This document shows, in pieces, positions 6,896-15,656 of a stretch of 64,000 nucleotides of DNA; position 1 is the first letter of the stretch, and each line of letters begins with the position of its first letter. The notes beneath the pieces are model-generated. The model was not told where the DNA came from, searched no databases, and worked only from the letters and a program-made list of their open reading frames with translations. The translations under genes and the position numbers were made by a program. This DNA comes from an uncultured Candidatus Saccharibacteria bacterium (GTDB taxonomy: Bacteria; Patescibacteriota; Saccharimonadia; Saccharimonadales; JBBQAJ01): assembly GCA_964593805.1 (NCBI GenBank), contig CAZQHP010000001.1, positions 389,283 to 453,282 of the forward strand, given 5' to 3'.

Positions 6896-8722
6896 ATGAC
6901 CCAAGATCCCAGCAAGATTAGAAACATCGCCATAATTGCCCACGTGGACCACGGTAAAACCACGCTGGTGGACGGTTTGCTCAAACAATCCCAAACTTTT
7001 CGCGACAACCAGGCCGAAATGAGCCAAGAACTTATCATGGACAGCGGCGACCAAGAGCGCGAACGCGGCATCACCATCACGGCCAAAGTCACGGCGGTAC
7101 AGCACGGCGACTACCGTATCAACATCATTGACACCCCTGGGCACGCCGACTTTAGCGGCGAAGTAGAGCGCACGCTCAACATGGCAGACGGCTGCATCCT
7201 GATAGTCGACGCCCAAGAAGGCCCGATGCCCCAGACCAAGTTTGTGCTCAGCAAAGCCCTGGCCAGCGAACTAAAACCAATCGTGATTATAAACAAAATA
7301 GACAAACCGGCCGCGCGAATTAAAGAAGTAGAAGACGAACTGGCCGACCTGTTCCTAGAACTGGCAGTCCACGCAGACCAGCTGCATTATCCGGTGTACT
7401 ACGCTGTGGGGCGCACCGGCAAAGCCTGGGTCAAGCCGCCTGAACACCCAGAAGCAGACGGCGACCTGGAAGCTATCTTCCAGGCTATCATCGAGCACGT
7501 GCCAGCGCCCCAGATTGAAGCCGACAAACCGTTCCAGATGCTAGTTACGGCACTGGCATGGGACAGCTTCAAAGGCAAATACGCCATCGGCCGCATCAGC
7601 CGCGGCAGCATTAAACCCGGAGACCCGATTACGTTGTGCAAAAAAGACGGCACACTGGCAAAGGGCAAAGTAGACAACGTCTACATGAGCCACGGGGTTA
7701 GCAAATTTGAAGTGCCGGGCGGAGTAGCTGGTGACATTGTCCAACTTACCGGTATCACTGAGGCGCAGATTGGTGAAACTGTTGCCGATGCCACAAACCC
7801 GGAAGCTTTGCCAGTGCTAGAAGTAGAAGCCCCTACGCTCAAAATCTATCTGGGTCCCAACACCAGCCCGTTCAAAGGCACAGAGGGCGAATTTACCACC
7901 AGCCGCCAGATTGGCGAGCGCCTGGCTAAAGAACTGGAAACCAACGTTGGCCTGCGCGTGGGCGAGCAAGGCATCGGCTTTTTGGTGTCCGGCCGCGGCG
8001 AACTGCACTTGAGCGTGCTGATAGAAACCATGCGCCGCGAAGGCTATGAATTTGAAGTTGGCCGCCCGCAAGTGGTTACGCGGGAGCACGAAGGCGTGAC
8101 CGAAGAGCCGTTGGAAGAACTTATCATTGAAGTGCCGGCCGAACACGTCGGCACAGTCCAGATGGAACTGGGCACTCGCCGAGCCGTGCTAAAAGAGCAA
8201 TTTGCCAGCCCCAAAGGCGTCACCAAACTGGTCTACGAACTACCCACTCGCGCTCTGCTTGGGTTGCGCAACATTTTGCTGACCAATACCAAAGGCACGG
8301 TTATTATGAACTCCCTAAGCATTGGCTACCAGCCGCTGGGCGCCGCCCTGCAACAGTTGCGAAACGGCGTGTTGATTGCGTTCGAAGCCGGTATCACCAC
8401 ACCGTATTCGCTGCAAACTGCCGAAGAGCGGGGCGTGGTATTCGCGGGCCCGGCCGAAAAAGTTTACGCCGGGCAAATAATCGGGCTCAACAAACGCCAG
8501 GAAGATATGGAAATCAACGTCTGCAAAGCCAAGCATCTGACCAATATGCGCAGCAGCTCCAGCGACGGCGTAGTCCAGCTGACCCCGCCAGTTATCTTTA
8601 GTCTGGAAGAGTGTCTGGACTTCATAGAAAACGACGAACTGCTGGAAGTCACCCCCAAATCGCTTAGACTCAGAAAAAAGGAACTGGACCCAAATAAAAG
8701 GAAAAGACAAAAGTCCGTATAA
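6896..8722 (+). CDS. typA: Translational GTPase TypA/BipA
   Basis: 608 aa. [27 protein letters not shown] and NKIDK are the GTPase motifs. Length and the C-terminal domain are typical of BipA. Confidence 0.95.
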   Translation: MTQDPSKIRNIAIIAHVDHGKTTLVDGLLKQSQTFRDNQAEMSQELIMDSGDQERERGITITAKVTAVQHGDYRINIIDTPGHADFSGEVERTLNMADGCILIVDAQEGPMPQTKFVLSKALASELKPIVIINKIDKPAARIKEVEDELADLFLELAVHADQLHYPVYYAVGRTGKAWVKPPEHPEADGDLEAIFQAIIEHVPAPQIEADKPFQMLVTALAWDSFKGKYAIGRISRGSIKPGDPITLCKKDGTLAKGKVDNVYMSHGVSKFEVPGGVAGDIVQLTGITEAQIGETVADATNPEALPVLEVEAPTLKIYLGPNTSPFKGTEGEFTTSRQIGERLAKELETNVGLRVGEQGIGFLVSGRGELHLSVLIETMRREGYEFEVGRPQVVTREHEGVTEEPLEELIIEVPAEHVGTVQMELGTRRAVLKEQFASPKGVTKLVYELPTRALLGLRNILLTNTKGTVIMNSLSIGYQPLGAALQQLRNGVLIAFEAGITTPYSLQTAEERGVVFAGPAEKVYAGQIIGLNKRQEDMEINVCKAKHLTNMRSSSSDGVVQLTPPVIFSLEECLDFIENDELLEVTPKSLRLRKKELDPNKRKRQKSV

Positions 8723-8729
8723 TAAGCCT

Positions 8730-9113
8730 GTGATTGAAGTATCTGACGAACAATTTGACAAACTGATTGGGCAGTCCATGGACGAACTGCCGCAGGAATA
8801 CATAACGGGCATGAAAAACGTGGTGGTAACGTTTGAAAACAATCCCAGCCCCCAGCAGCGGCTCAAACAACAGCTGCGCCAAGACCAGACGCTGTTTGGT
8901 TTGTACGAAGGCATACCGCTGACCAGGCGCGGCGCCGGCTACAATCTAGTTTTGCCAGACAAAATTACTATCTTCAAAGGTCCTATTAGCCAGTCCAGCA
9001 CCGATATGCCGAGCCTCAAGCGGCAAGTCAAACACACGCTGTGGCATGAAATCGCTCATCACTTTGGGCTAGACCACGACCGGATTCATGAAATCGAACG
9101 CAACTGGCACTAG
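8730..9113 (+). CDS. Minimal zinc metallopeptidase-like protein (DUF1025/zincin-like)
   Basis: 127 aa with HEIAHHFGLDH (HExxHxxGxxH). GTG start. TATAAT (8718-8723) lies 6 nt upstream and overlaps the typA stop codon. Confidence 0.7.
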   Translation: MIEVSDEQFDKLIGQSMDELPQEYITGMKNVVVTFENNPSPQQRLKQQLRQDQTLFGLYEGIPLTRRGAGYNLVLPDKITIFKGPISQSSTDMPSLKRQVKHTLWHEIAHHFGLDHDRIHEIERNWH

Positions 9114-9132
9114 CTTTTGGTATCATAGATAG

Positions 9133-9546
9133 ATGTTTCATTACCGCAAAAACCTCAAAACCTACCGCAGCTATCCTAAGCCAGCGGTTTGTTCTTTTTG
9201 CGAAGCTGATTTAGCGGGCAGCAAGGTGCTAGAAACGGAGCATGCTTATGTGGTGCCAAACCGGACGTTTTACGACCTGTGGGAACTGCGAAGCGTAACC
9301 GACCACTTGCTGGTGGTACCCAAGCGTCACGTGGGCAGTCTTAAGCAATTGACCAAAAAAGAACGCACGAACGTCATGGATATTTTGTGCGATTACGAGG
9401 CTCGTAACTATAACGTCTATGCCCGGGCAGTAAACAGCAAACAGCGTTCTGTGGAGCACCAGCACACCCATCTAATCAAAACCCATGACAAACAAGCCCG
9501 CGGCACCATAACTATAAAAAAACCGTACCTACTTATAAAATTTTAA
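9133..9546 (+). CDS. HIT-family nucleotide hydrolase/transferase
   Basis: 137 aa with the histidine triad VEHQHTHLIK (HxHxHxx). Confidence 0.75.
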   Translation: MFHYRKNLKTYRSYPKPAVCSFCEADLAGSKVLETEHAYVVPNRTFYDLWELRSVTDHLLVVPKRHVGSLKQLTKKERTNVMDILCDYEARNYNVYARAVNSKQRSVEHQHTHLIKTHDKQARGTITIKKPYLLIKF

Positions 9547-9589
9547 CTAACAACTTGCAACATCTTGACACGTATGGTATAATATACAA

Positions 9590-10090
9590 ATGACAATACG
9601 TCTGCCTGACGGCAATAACCCAGAAAAACACCCGGCCAACTTTCCGGCAGAGGATAGTGCAGTAGCCCAAAAGCGGCTGCAATTGCTTTTAGAACTTAGC
9701 CAGCACGAAGGCAAACTAGATACCAGAAACTTGCACCCCTCGCACTTGCTGACAGTTGAAATAGTCGCCATAAAAGAAGGCGAGCTGCAGTTTGAGCAAG
9801 ACAGAACTGTAGTCACCCGGCTAGCAGACAAGCTGACTGGTACGATGGTGGTTGTTGGCGACAGCGCGGATGAGCATAATAGCTGGGTTGATTATCGCAT
9901 AAACCTAGGCTCATACCCCGCTTCCACGACCGGTCCGCTTAACAGGGTAGGCCTAGATCCAAACCAGCTGGTGCCAAACCAAGGCGTAGCCGTAGATACG
10001 GCGGGCGAGCGGTTTAAAAGCGACGTAGACACTTTATACTTGCACGCCAGATACGGCGAAATCTTCGTAAACGAAACTCAGGTATTCTAA
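9590..10090 (+). CDS. Hypothetical protein (166 aa)
   Basis: ORF track. It has its own promoter, TTGACA-7nt-TATAAT (9565-9583), with the ATG 6 nt after the -10 box. No recognisable motif. Confidence 0.5.
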   Translation: MTIRLPDGNNPEKHPANFPAEDSAVAQKRLQLLLELSQHEGKLDTRNLHPSHLLTVEIVAIKEGELQFEQDRTVVTRLADKLTGTMVVVGDSADEHNSWVDYRINLGSYPASTTGPLNRVGLDPNQLVPNQGVAVDTAGERFKSDVDTLYLHARYGEIFVNETQVF

Positions 10091-10189
10091 GCTCAAGCGC
10101 TAATCGGCTCCACAAAATCAACCGGGATTATCAGCAAGCAAACACTAGCACTTTTTGCAATATCCCCTAGATGTATAATGGGCAGGACT

Positions 10190-10642
10190 ATGACAGAGTT
10201 TTTCAAACCAACAGACGGGTTTTCAACGCCTAGATTTGTAACTATTTCAGCAGAAGCCCAAGCACTTACGCAAGAAGCGATGCGTCTGTTTAATTGTGTT
10301 TTGATAGACCCAAGCGCAGGGGTGCATGTTAGAAGCAAATTTATGGTAGAAAAACGCGTGCCCCATGCCAGGCAACAAGGAGTCACACTTCAAGTTATTC
10401 GAAGCAAATTTTCGTCTGTCGATGTGATCCCTGACGAATCAGCTCCTCCAGGATCCACCGTCTGCTACAGCGGCTTATACAGTGAGTTAGGCATATTTGA
10501 CCAAGACGGCGGCATGGTTCTGTTGCTGGAACACAGAAAACTGCCGGTGGTTGATCTAAGAAAAGATCCCTTCGCAGAACACATACTAGAGTCATTCCGC
10601 AGTCATCTAGACGCCGCAAGCCCCGCTCCACCAAACTCCTAA
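10190..10642 (+). CDS. Hypothetical protein (about 150 aa)
   Basis: The ORF-track start at 10178 overlaps the TATAAT box (10174-10179), so the in-frame ATG at 10190 (MTEFFKP..) is more plausible. No recognisable motif. Confidence 0.45.
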   Translation: MTEFFKPTDGFSTPRFVTISAEAQALTQEAMRLFNCVLIDPSAGVHVRSKFMVEKRVPHARQQGVTLQVIRSKFSSVDVIPDESAPPGSTVCYSGLYSELGIFDQDGGMVLLLEHRKLPVVDLRKDPFAEHILESFRSHLDAASPAPPNS

Positions 10643-10755
10643 CCCTACGAACTAAAGAAACTACCGAATATAATACGGGTTGACACTGCCTGTGCATAAC
10701 TGGGTTTACACTAGCGGTATAATGTACGTAGAGACAAAAGTAACAAAAGAAAACC

Positions 10756-11205
10756 ATGGCTCAACAAAAACCAGAACACTGGTTCCTCACGCCGGAAGAA
10801 CGCCAAGCAGCACGGCTGGCTGGCGTCCAGGCTTATTTGGCAGATAAAATTGGCGTAGAAACCTGCAAAGTACAGATACTAACCGCAAAAAACGAACACA
10901 TCGAAACCGCCGAAGGCCTGATTGGCCACATGACTGTAAGGATGGACTGGACTACTTCCGATGGCCACTGGCACATGCGCAATCTACGCTTCAACGGCGA
11001 ATTGCCTACGGGGCTAGAAGACATACCTAAACAATACGTTGATTTACTGGGCAGTTTTGCCATGGCCCGAGAAGTCCAATATAGAGATTACTCCTTTGAT
11101 CAAAACGGCTTGCCGCTGCCCGGCCGGATTTCAGACATGCCGGCCGATGTACAGGTAGACCACGCGCCCGAAACGCCGCCAGCACCAGTACTAGTAGCCG
11201 CGTAG
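10756..11205 (+). CDS. Hypothetical protein (149 aa)
   Basis: ORF track. Own promoter TTTACA-7nt-TATAAT at 10705-10723. No recognisable motif. Confidence 0.5.
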   Translation: MAQQKPEHWFLTPEERQAARLAGVQAYLADKIGVETCKVQILTAKNEHIETAEGLIGHMTVRMDWTTSDGHWHMRNLRFNGELPTGLEDIPKQYVDLLGSFAMAREVQYRDYSFDQNGLPLPGRISDMPADVQVDHAPETPPAPVLVAA

Positions 11206-11206
11206 A

Positions 11207-12016
11207 TTAGCGGAGCTGGAGGGATTTTAGGATGTCTTGGGCTTGTTTGTAGGCGTTGCTGGTTGCGATTAGATCAGGAGCCACGGGGTTGGTGGCTAAG
11301 TCGTCTTTGAGGTCTTTTGCAGAAAAGCCGCCGGTTATAATGTAGGTTTCTGCTTCTCTGCCATAGGCCGGCCCCAGCGTGTCGCCTTTGACCAGGTTAT
11401 AATTGCCGGCAATCAAGAAAAACGCAAAATTGTCTGGCGTGTCCAGGCCAAACAGCGACAGGTAAGTATCTGCCCGCTGGCCCGGCGCTGGCTGGGCATA
11501 TACCAGCTTTTCTGACGCCTGCATAGCGTAGCCGCGGCCAATGTATTTACCATCTACCTCCCGCGCCCCCTTGCGCACGTAGATGCGGAAATTGCCATTC
11601 ACGGTGGCATCGCTGGCGGCGGTGTAGCTAAAGTCTGGTGATTCCAGCCGCACGGCGTCTTTGTTTTCAGTTTCAGTGGCTGTCCAGTTAGATGGATAGG
11701 TTAGCTTAACACCCAAAAAACCGTTTTCATAAACTTTGGTGTCGGCGGTATCCGGCACGTCTTTTGCGGCCGGCACTACCGATGGCGACTGCGTATTTGA
11801 ACTGGCGGGTTTGGCAGTTGGCTTTCTGGAACCAATTTTGTATGACCCGTAGCCCAGGGCGGCCAGGAGCAAGATGAAAATAATAACAAAAGGGTATTTT
11901 TTGCGCTTTTTGACAGGATACACGTCTGTTAATTTCAGCGGCTGGTGCTGGTTGGTGTCTACTGGGCGCTCTGGAAGCGGTTCAGGGTTGGCTGGCTCCA
12001 TGCGTTCATTATGCAC
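11207..12016 (-). CDS. Membrane-anchored extracytoplasmic protein, unknown function
   Basis: 269 aa. It has a single N-terminal TM helix (YPFVIIFILLLAALGYGSY), a Pro/Ser/Thr linker and a beta-rich domain (LTYPSNWTATE). Confidence 0.55.
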   Translation of the reverse strand: MHNERMEPANPEPLPERPVDTNQHQPLKLTDVYPVKKRKKYPFVIIFILLLAALGYGSYKIGSRKPTAKPASSNTQSPSVVPAAKDVPDTADTKVYENGFLGVKLTYPSNWTATETENKDAVRLESPDFSYTAASDATVNGNFRIYVRKGAREVDGKYIGRGYAMQASEKLVYAQPAPGQRADTYLSLFGLDTPDNFAFFLIAGNYNLVKGDTLGPAYGREAETYIITGGFSAKDLKDDLATNPVAPDLIATSNAYKQAQDILKSLQLR

Positions 12017-12070
12017 CCTAAGCGATTTTTACAAAAGCAGTCACCCGTACTTGTAAAAATCCACCAATAG

Positions 12071-12820
12071 TTGTACGATATGCTTCATATGTCCGTAGAA
12101 GCCTCACCCGGTGTTTTAGATGTTGCCATAAATGGCGTAGTTCCCATACACGGCACGGTGGCGCCCGAAGCGTTTGATGAGGTAGTTGACATCTACAAAC
12201 ACCAAGCGCCTATTAAAAGCCCAAAAGACAGTTTGTATCTATTCGCAGTTTCGGGTTCACTTGGTCAAATACAGGAAGTTTTAGACGCAGAAAATTTGGA
12301 TCAACTATCGCCCGGCACCGAAACGTATAAAGGCGTGAGCCTCAGTACAGGGTGCGTAGCCTACGGCGGCTTAAAAATGTTTCGAGCTATGCGCCCCATG
12401 CTAGAAATAGTTGCTGATATTCCTGATATATCCGCCGACAGCCCCTGTTTGTTTGACGGTATGGTCTTGGGCAACTACACACGAACAGCATCTATCGCAA
12501 AGCTATGGCATATTGATGCTCTTGTGCCCAAAATACGCGAAGAGCACCAGAGAGAATTTTTATGCGGTTACCCTAACGGCGTTCGAACATATACTGGTTC
12601 GGAAATTGATACATCTGGCTACATAGACCAGTTTGGTGCGCTGCCTCTCGACGTGGCAATCAAACAGCTGCATAGTAGCGTAAAAGATTCTATACAACCA
12701 GAAGACACCATAACGCTTGGGCCTGGACAGGTTGGTGAAATTGACAAGTTTGTATTGCATAGTGCGCCCGCTAGCGCAGGTTTTCATGGGACAAGACCCG
12801 CCTTTAGGTTGTGCATCTAA
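12071..12820 (+). CDS. Hypothetical protein, possible DSBH oxygenase-like fold
   Basis: 249 aa. TTG start in the ORF track, so the true start is uncertain. Motifs are LWHIDAL (HxD), QPEDTITLGPG, FVLHSAP (H) and TRPAFRL (R). The arrangement parallels the product of 59754-60530. Confidence 0.45.
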   Translation: MYDMLHMSVEASPGVLDVAINGVVPIHGTVAPEAFDEVVDIYKHQAPIKSPKDSLYLFAVSGSLGQIQEVLDAENLDQLSPGTETYKGVSLSTGCVAYGGLKMFRAMRPMLEIVADIPDISADSPCLFDGMVLGNYTRTASIAKLWHIDALVPKIREEHQREFLCGYPNGVRTYTGSEIDTSGYIDQFGALPLDVAIKQLHSSVKDSIQPEDTITLGPGQVGEIDKFVLHSAPASAGFHGTRPAFRLCI

Positions 12821-12868
12821 CCATTTTTTCTGGCGTGTATAATGGTGGCATACTAAGCGGAGGGAGTT

Positions 12869-13270
12869 ATGAAGAATACAGGCGTAATTATTGCAATAAT
12901 CGCGGTCTTGGCATTAGCAGGTGGAGCTTTTGCTTTCACGAGAGGCGCCAACAAGCCAACTGACTCTAGCCCAACCCCAACCGCAAGTCCAGAAGCAACC
13001 AGTGCCACCGCTATCACTTACTCAAATGATGGTTTTAGCCCAAGCACTTTAACAGTCAAAGCCGGCACCACCGTGACAATCAAAAACAATTCGTCGCGCT
13101 TGCTTCAGTTAGACTCCAACCCGCACCCTGATCACACTGACAATCCGGAGCTAAACGTTGGTACGGTCAGCCCCGGCAAAAGCACTACCTTCGTAGTTAC
13201 AAAAACCGGCAGCCACGGCTACCACAACCATTTGAACACCGGCGACACCGGCACACTGATTGTGGAGTAG
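12869..13270 (+). CDS. Secreted or membrane-anchored cupredoxin-like protein
   Basis: 133 aa. It has an N-terminal TM/signal segment, LTVKAGTTVTIKNNS, and a C-terminal HGYHNHLNTGDTGTLIVE typical of small cupredoxin-fold domains. GGAGGGAG SD upstream. Confidence 0.65.
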   Translation: MKNTGVIIAIIAVLALAGGAFAFTRGANKPTDSSPTPTASPEATSATAITYSNDGFSPSTLTVKAGTTVTIKNNSSRLLQLDSNPHPDHTDNPELNVGTVSPGKSTTFVVTKTGSHGYHNHLNTGDTGTLIVE

Positions 13271-13291
13271 CCTCAATCTACAGGAGTACAG

Positions 13292-13393
13292 ATGAGAAAT
13301 CGTCACTTATCCACAGATTACAACAAAGTCGTTGTAGGTCGTACTACAGCAATTATTGACAAGTTTTTGCTACGGGCATATAGTTCTGGGTAG
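13292..13393 (+). CDS. Candidate micro-ORF (33 aa)
   Basis: Not in the ORF track because it is under 60 aa. AGGAG (13282-13286) lies 5 nt before the ATG. My translation is MRNRHLSTDYNKVVVGRTTAIIDKFLLRAYSSG. It lies directly after the cupredoxin gene. No family recognised. Confidence 0.25.
   Translation: MRNRHLSTDYNKVVVGRTTAIIDKFLLRAYSSG
13356..13384 (+). promoter_or_regulatory. Sigma-70-type promoter (TTGACA-17nt-TATAGT)
   Basis: TTGACA at 13356-13361, an exact 17-nt spacer, then TATAGT at 13379-13384. Confidence 0.6.
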
Positions 13394-13471
13394 TCACTGT
13401 GAGGTGATTAGTGATGATTCTAGCAATAGGATTATCACGGCAAAAGGAGACCCGTAAAAAGGTCTCTTTTT
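13391..13471 (+). ncRNA. Candidate small RNA or cis-regulatory leader (two hairpins plus an intrinsic terminator)
   Basis: It lies downstream of the promoter above. Hairpin 1 is AGTCAC/GTGATT (13392-13409). Hairpin 2 is GTGATGATTC/GGATTATCAC (13411-13438, 10 bp including 2 GU pairs). The terminator is GAGACC-cgtaaaaa-GGTCTC-TTTTT (13447-13471). No known riboswitch class recognised. Confidence 0.35.
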
Positions 13472-13772
13472 GTTATGCTATACCTACGTGAATTCAATAA
13501 AATCTATCGGCTCCTTAGTTTTTGGCAAACTATTTCGGGACAAAAACGGCCATGTTGCCGTGCTTCAGCTGCCTAACTTACCGTTAATAATATGGGGGGC
13601 GGCCACGGTGGGGACGCACTTTATGTCCGGGCGCTGGCAGGCCGCCAGCGGCTATGTGGCATTGGGCGCGATTATCATCTGGGCCGGCATGGAAATAATG
13701 GCGGGCAGCAGCCTGTTCCGGCGTCTGGTTGGAGCTGTGGTGCTAGCCGCCGTGTTATTTAACAGATTTTGA
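13470..13772 (+). CDS. Small hydrophobic membrane protein (about 95-100 aa)
   Basis: ORF track, 100 aa, with 2-3 predicted TM segments (LPLIIWGAATVG, YVALGAIIIWAGMEIMAG, LVGAVVLAAVLF). The start is TTG at 13470 or GTG at 13488; there is no in-frame ATG near the 5' end. Confidence 0.45.
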   Translation: MLCYTYVNSIKSIGSLVFGKLFRDKNGHVAVLQLPNLPLIIWGAATVGTHFMSGRWQAASGYVALGAIIIWAGMEIMAGSSLFRRLVGAVVLAAVLFNRF

Positions 13773-15011
13773 GTCGCTTACAATCATATCCGCGGAAGCG
13801 TGCTGGCGGCGAGCCAACAATATGAAGGGTAGAGCCAGCACTTGGACGCCTGCCCCCACTACATAAGACGCCCCATAGCCCCAGACATCGGCTACTTTAC
13901 CGAGCCCTGGCTGGATAACCACGCCACCAGATGACCCCAAAAGGTTATCGGACGACAATACCGTGGCACGCTGGGCAGAGGGGATTAGCTCGTTCAAATA
14001 AGCCTGCCGTATGGGGATACTAGCCGCGAACACAATTGCCCAGACTACCAAAAGCGCCAGCGCCAACCAGAAGCTGGCCAGCATGCCAATCGCGGCTAAG
14101 GCCAGGGAACTAAAGATCGCCCCCGTGAAAAGCACTGATGTGCGGCGTTTGAGGGCTCTGCGCACGTACGGTACGGTAAAGCCGCCAATAATTTGGGCGC
14201 AAGCTACAATCGCCGCCGCTAGCCCGGCAATAGCGTAGGAGTCGCTGCGCCCGTAGAGTTGTAACAGGTAGGGTTGCATGGCATAAAAAGCATAAAACCC
14301 CACACCAACGCTGAACGGCGCCGCCAGCATAACCCAGCGCACCGGTGGGTTGCGCAGGCCGTGGTCTAAAGAAGCTTTCAGGATGGCGCGCATTTCCTTG
14401 CCTATAGAGGCGCTTTTTCTAGGCGTGAAGCCGACATCTTTCATTAGAACATAAGCTACTACGAAGGTGATAGCCAGCATGACCGCCCGCAATATATATG
14501 GCACGCCCAAATTGGTAACTTGGGCAATCACTCCGCCGGTTACCGTACCGCTCAGCATGGCAATACCGCCGGCAATTTGGCCCTTGGCAAAAGCGGACTC
14601 CAACGTGCCTTTGTGTTTAGTGTGGTTCAGGCCGTCTACCAGCCAGGCTTCGGTAGCGCCAGAAAAAAACGTGAAACCCAGGCCTAGGAGCATGGATACG
14701 ACCGCCCAAGCCCAAAACGGCCCCTGAATCTGCCACAGGAACAAATACAACAGGGTAGACGCAAACAGCGTAGCCGAACCAAGCAGGTACGAAGTCCGCC
14801 GCCCCACCGTATCGGCTATGACGCCGGTCGGGACTTCAAACAGCACTTGCCCGACCGTGAAAAACGCGTTGGCGGCAAAAGCAGCCGTGATGCTGAGCCC
14901 GGCATCCAGCAAAAACAGCGTGTTGATACCCCATATAAATGATGAGGCAAAAGTGGATAGCAGCGTGAGCGTTACGTACGTTTTCAGAATCTGCTCGGCA
15001 GGCGTCTTCAT
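13755..15011 (-). CDS. MFS transporter
   Basis: 418 aa, about 12 TM helices. GVIADTVGRRTS matches the MFS loop 2-3 motif (G....D..GRR). Confidence 0.85.
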   Translation of the reverse strand: MKTPAEQILKTYVTLTLLSTFASSFIWGINTLFLLDAGLSITAAFAANAFFTVGQVLFEVPTGVIADTVGRRTSYLLGSATLFASTLLYLFLWQIQGPFWAWAVVSMLLGLGFTFFSGATEAWLVDGLNHTKHKGTLESAFAKGQIAGGIAMLSGTVTGGVIAQVTNLGVPYILRAVMLAITFVVAYVLMKDVGFTPRKSASIGKEMRAILKASLDHGLRNPPVRWVMLAAPFSVGVGFYAFYAMQPYLLQLYGRSDSYAIAGLAAAIVACAQIIGGFTVPYVRRALKRRTSVLFTGAIFSSLALAAIGMLASFWLALALLVVWAIVFAASIPIRQAYLNELIPSAQRATVLSSDNLLGSSGGVVIQPGLGKVADVWGYGASYVVGAGVQVLALPFILLARRQHASADMIVSDSKSVK

Positions 15012-15080
15012 TGGATTTATTGTACACCTAAGCGTCCTAGCACTAAAACAGGCTCGCGCCTAGCCCGCCAAAGGTGTGCT

Positions 15081-15656
15081 ATGCTTTATGTAAATAGGCA
15101 TAAGCGTCGCATGGTGAAGAAAAAGAATAGACTAAAGCTCAAACTCTCTAAGAAACAGCGCAAGCAGCTGATTCATTACGGCAAACCAGTGTTGGCCGGT
15201 TTTTTGGGTTTGCTGATTGGGATTGGTGCTACTAATCTGCTAGCCAGCCGCCGCGCACCGTCAAATTTGGTGTGGGCGGCCGATAGCACCGTAAAAGTCC
15301 CCAAAGATTTGCGGGCGTTTTTAGTGGCCAAAAATGATTGCAAAGCCTACCGCGGCGCGGGTTCGCCAACCGGCGTTGGTTTGTGGGGGGTGTATCAGGT
15401 TTCCAAAAACCAGTACGCCAAAATTGCCTACGGCTGTTCCTGGAATTTGTCCAGCTACGTTATGGCCGTCAAACAGAAAGGATCCTGGCAGCTGATTAAG
15501 CCTACGGAATACTTCGCGCCGTTCAAAAATGGCGTGGATCCCAGCAAAGGCGCTCTGCCGTTTTGCGCCGTTTTGGAAAAATATAAAATTCCCAAAGACA
15601 TTGAACCGTTTTGCGTAAAAGCCGATGGTGCGGCCCAGAGTAACGGAAGCGCCTAA
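15081..15656 (+). CDS. Membrane-anchored hypothetical protein
   Basis: 191 aa. It has a Lys/Arg-rich N-terminus, one TM helix (VLAGFLGLLIGIGATNLLA) and a Cys-containing extracytoplasmic domain. The start may be the ATG at 15111 (MVKKKNRL). Confidence 0.5.
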   Translation: MLYVNRHKRRMVKKKNRLKLKLSKKQRKQLIHYGKPVLAGFLGLLIGIGATNLLASRRAPSNLVWAADSTVKVPKDLRAFLVAKNDCKAYRGAGSPTGVGLWGVYQVSKNQYAKIAYGCSWNLSSYVMAVKQKGSWQLIKPTEYFAPFKNGVDPSKGALPFCAVLEKYKIPKDIEPFCVKADGAAQSNGSA

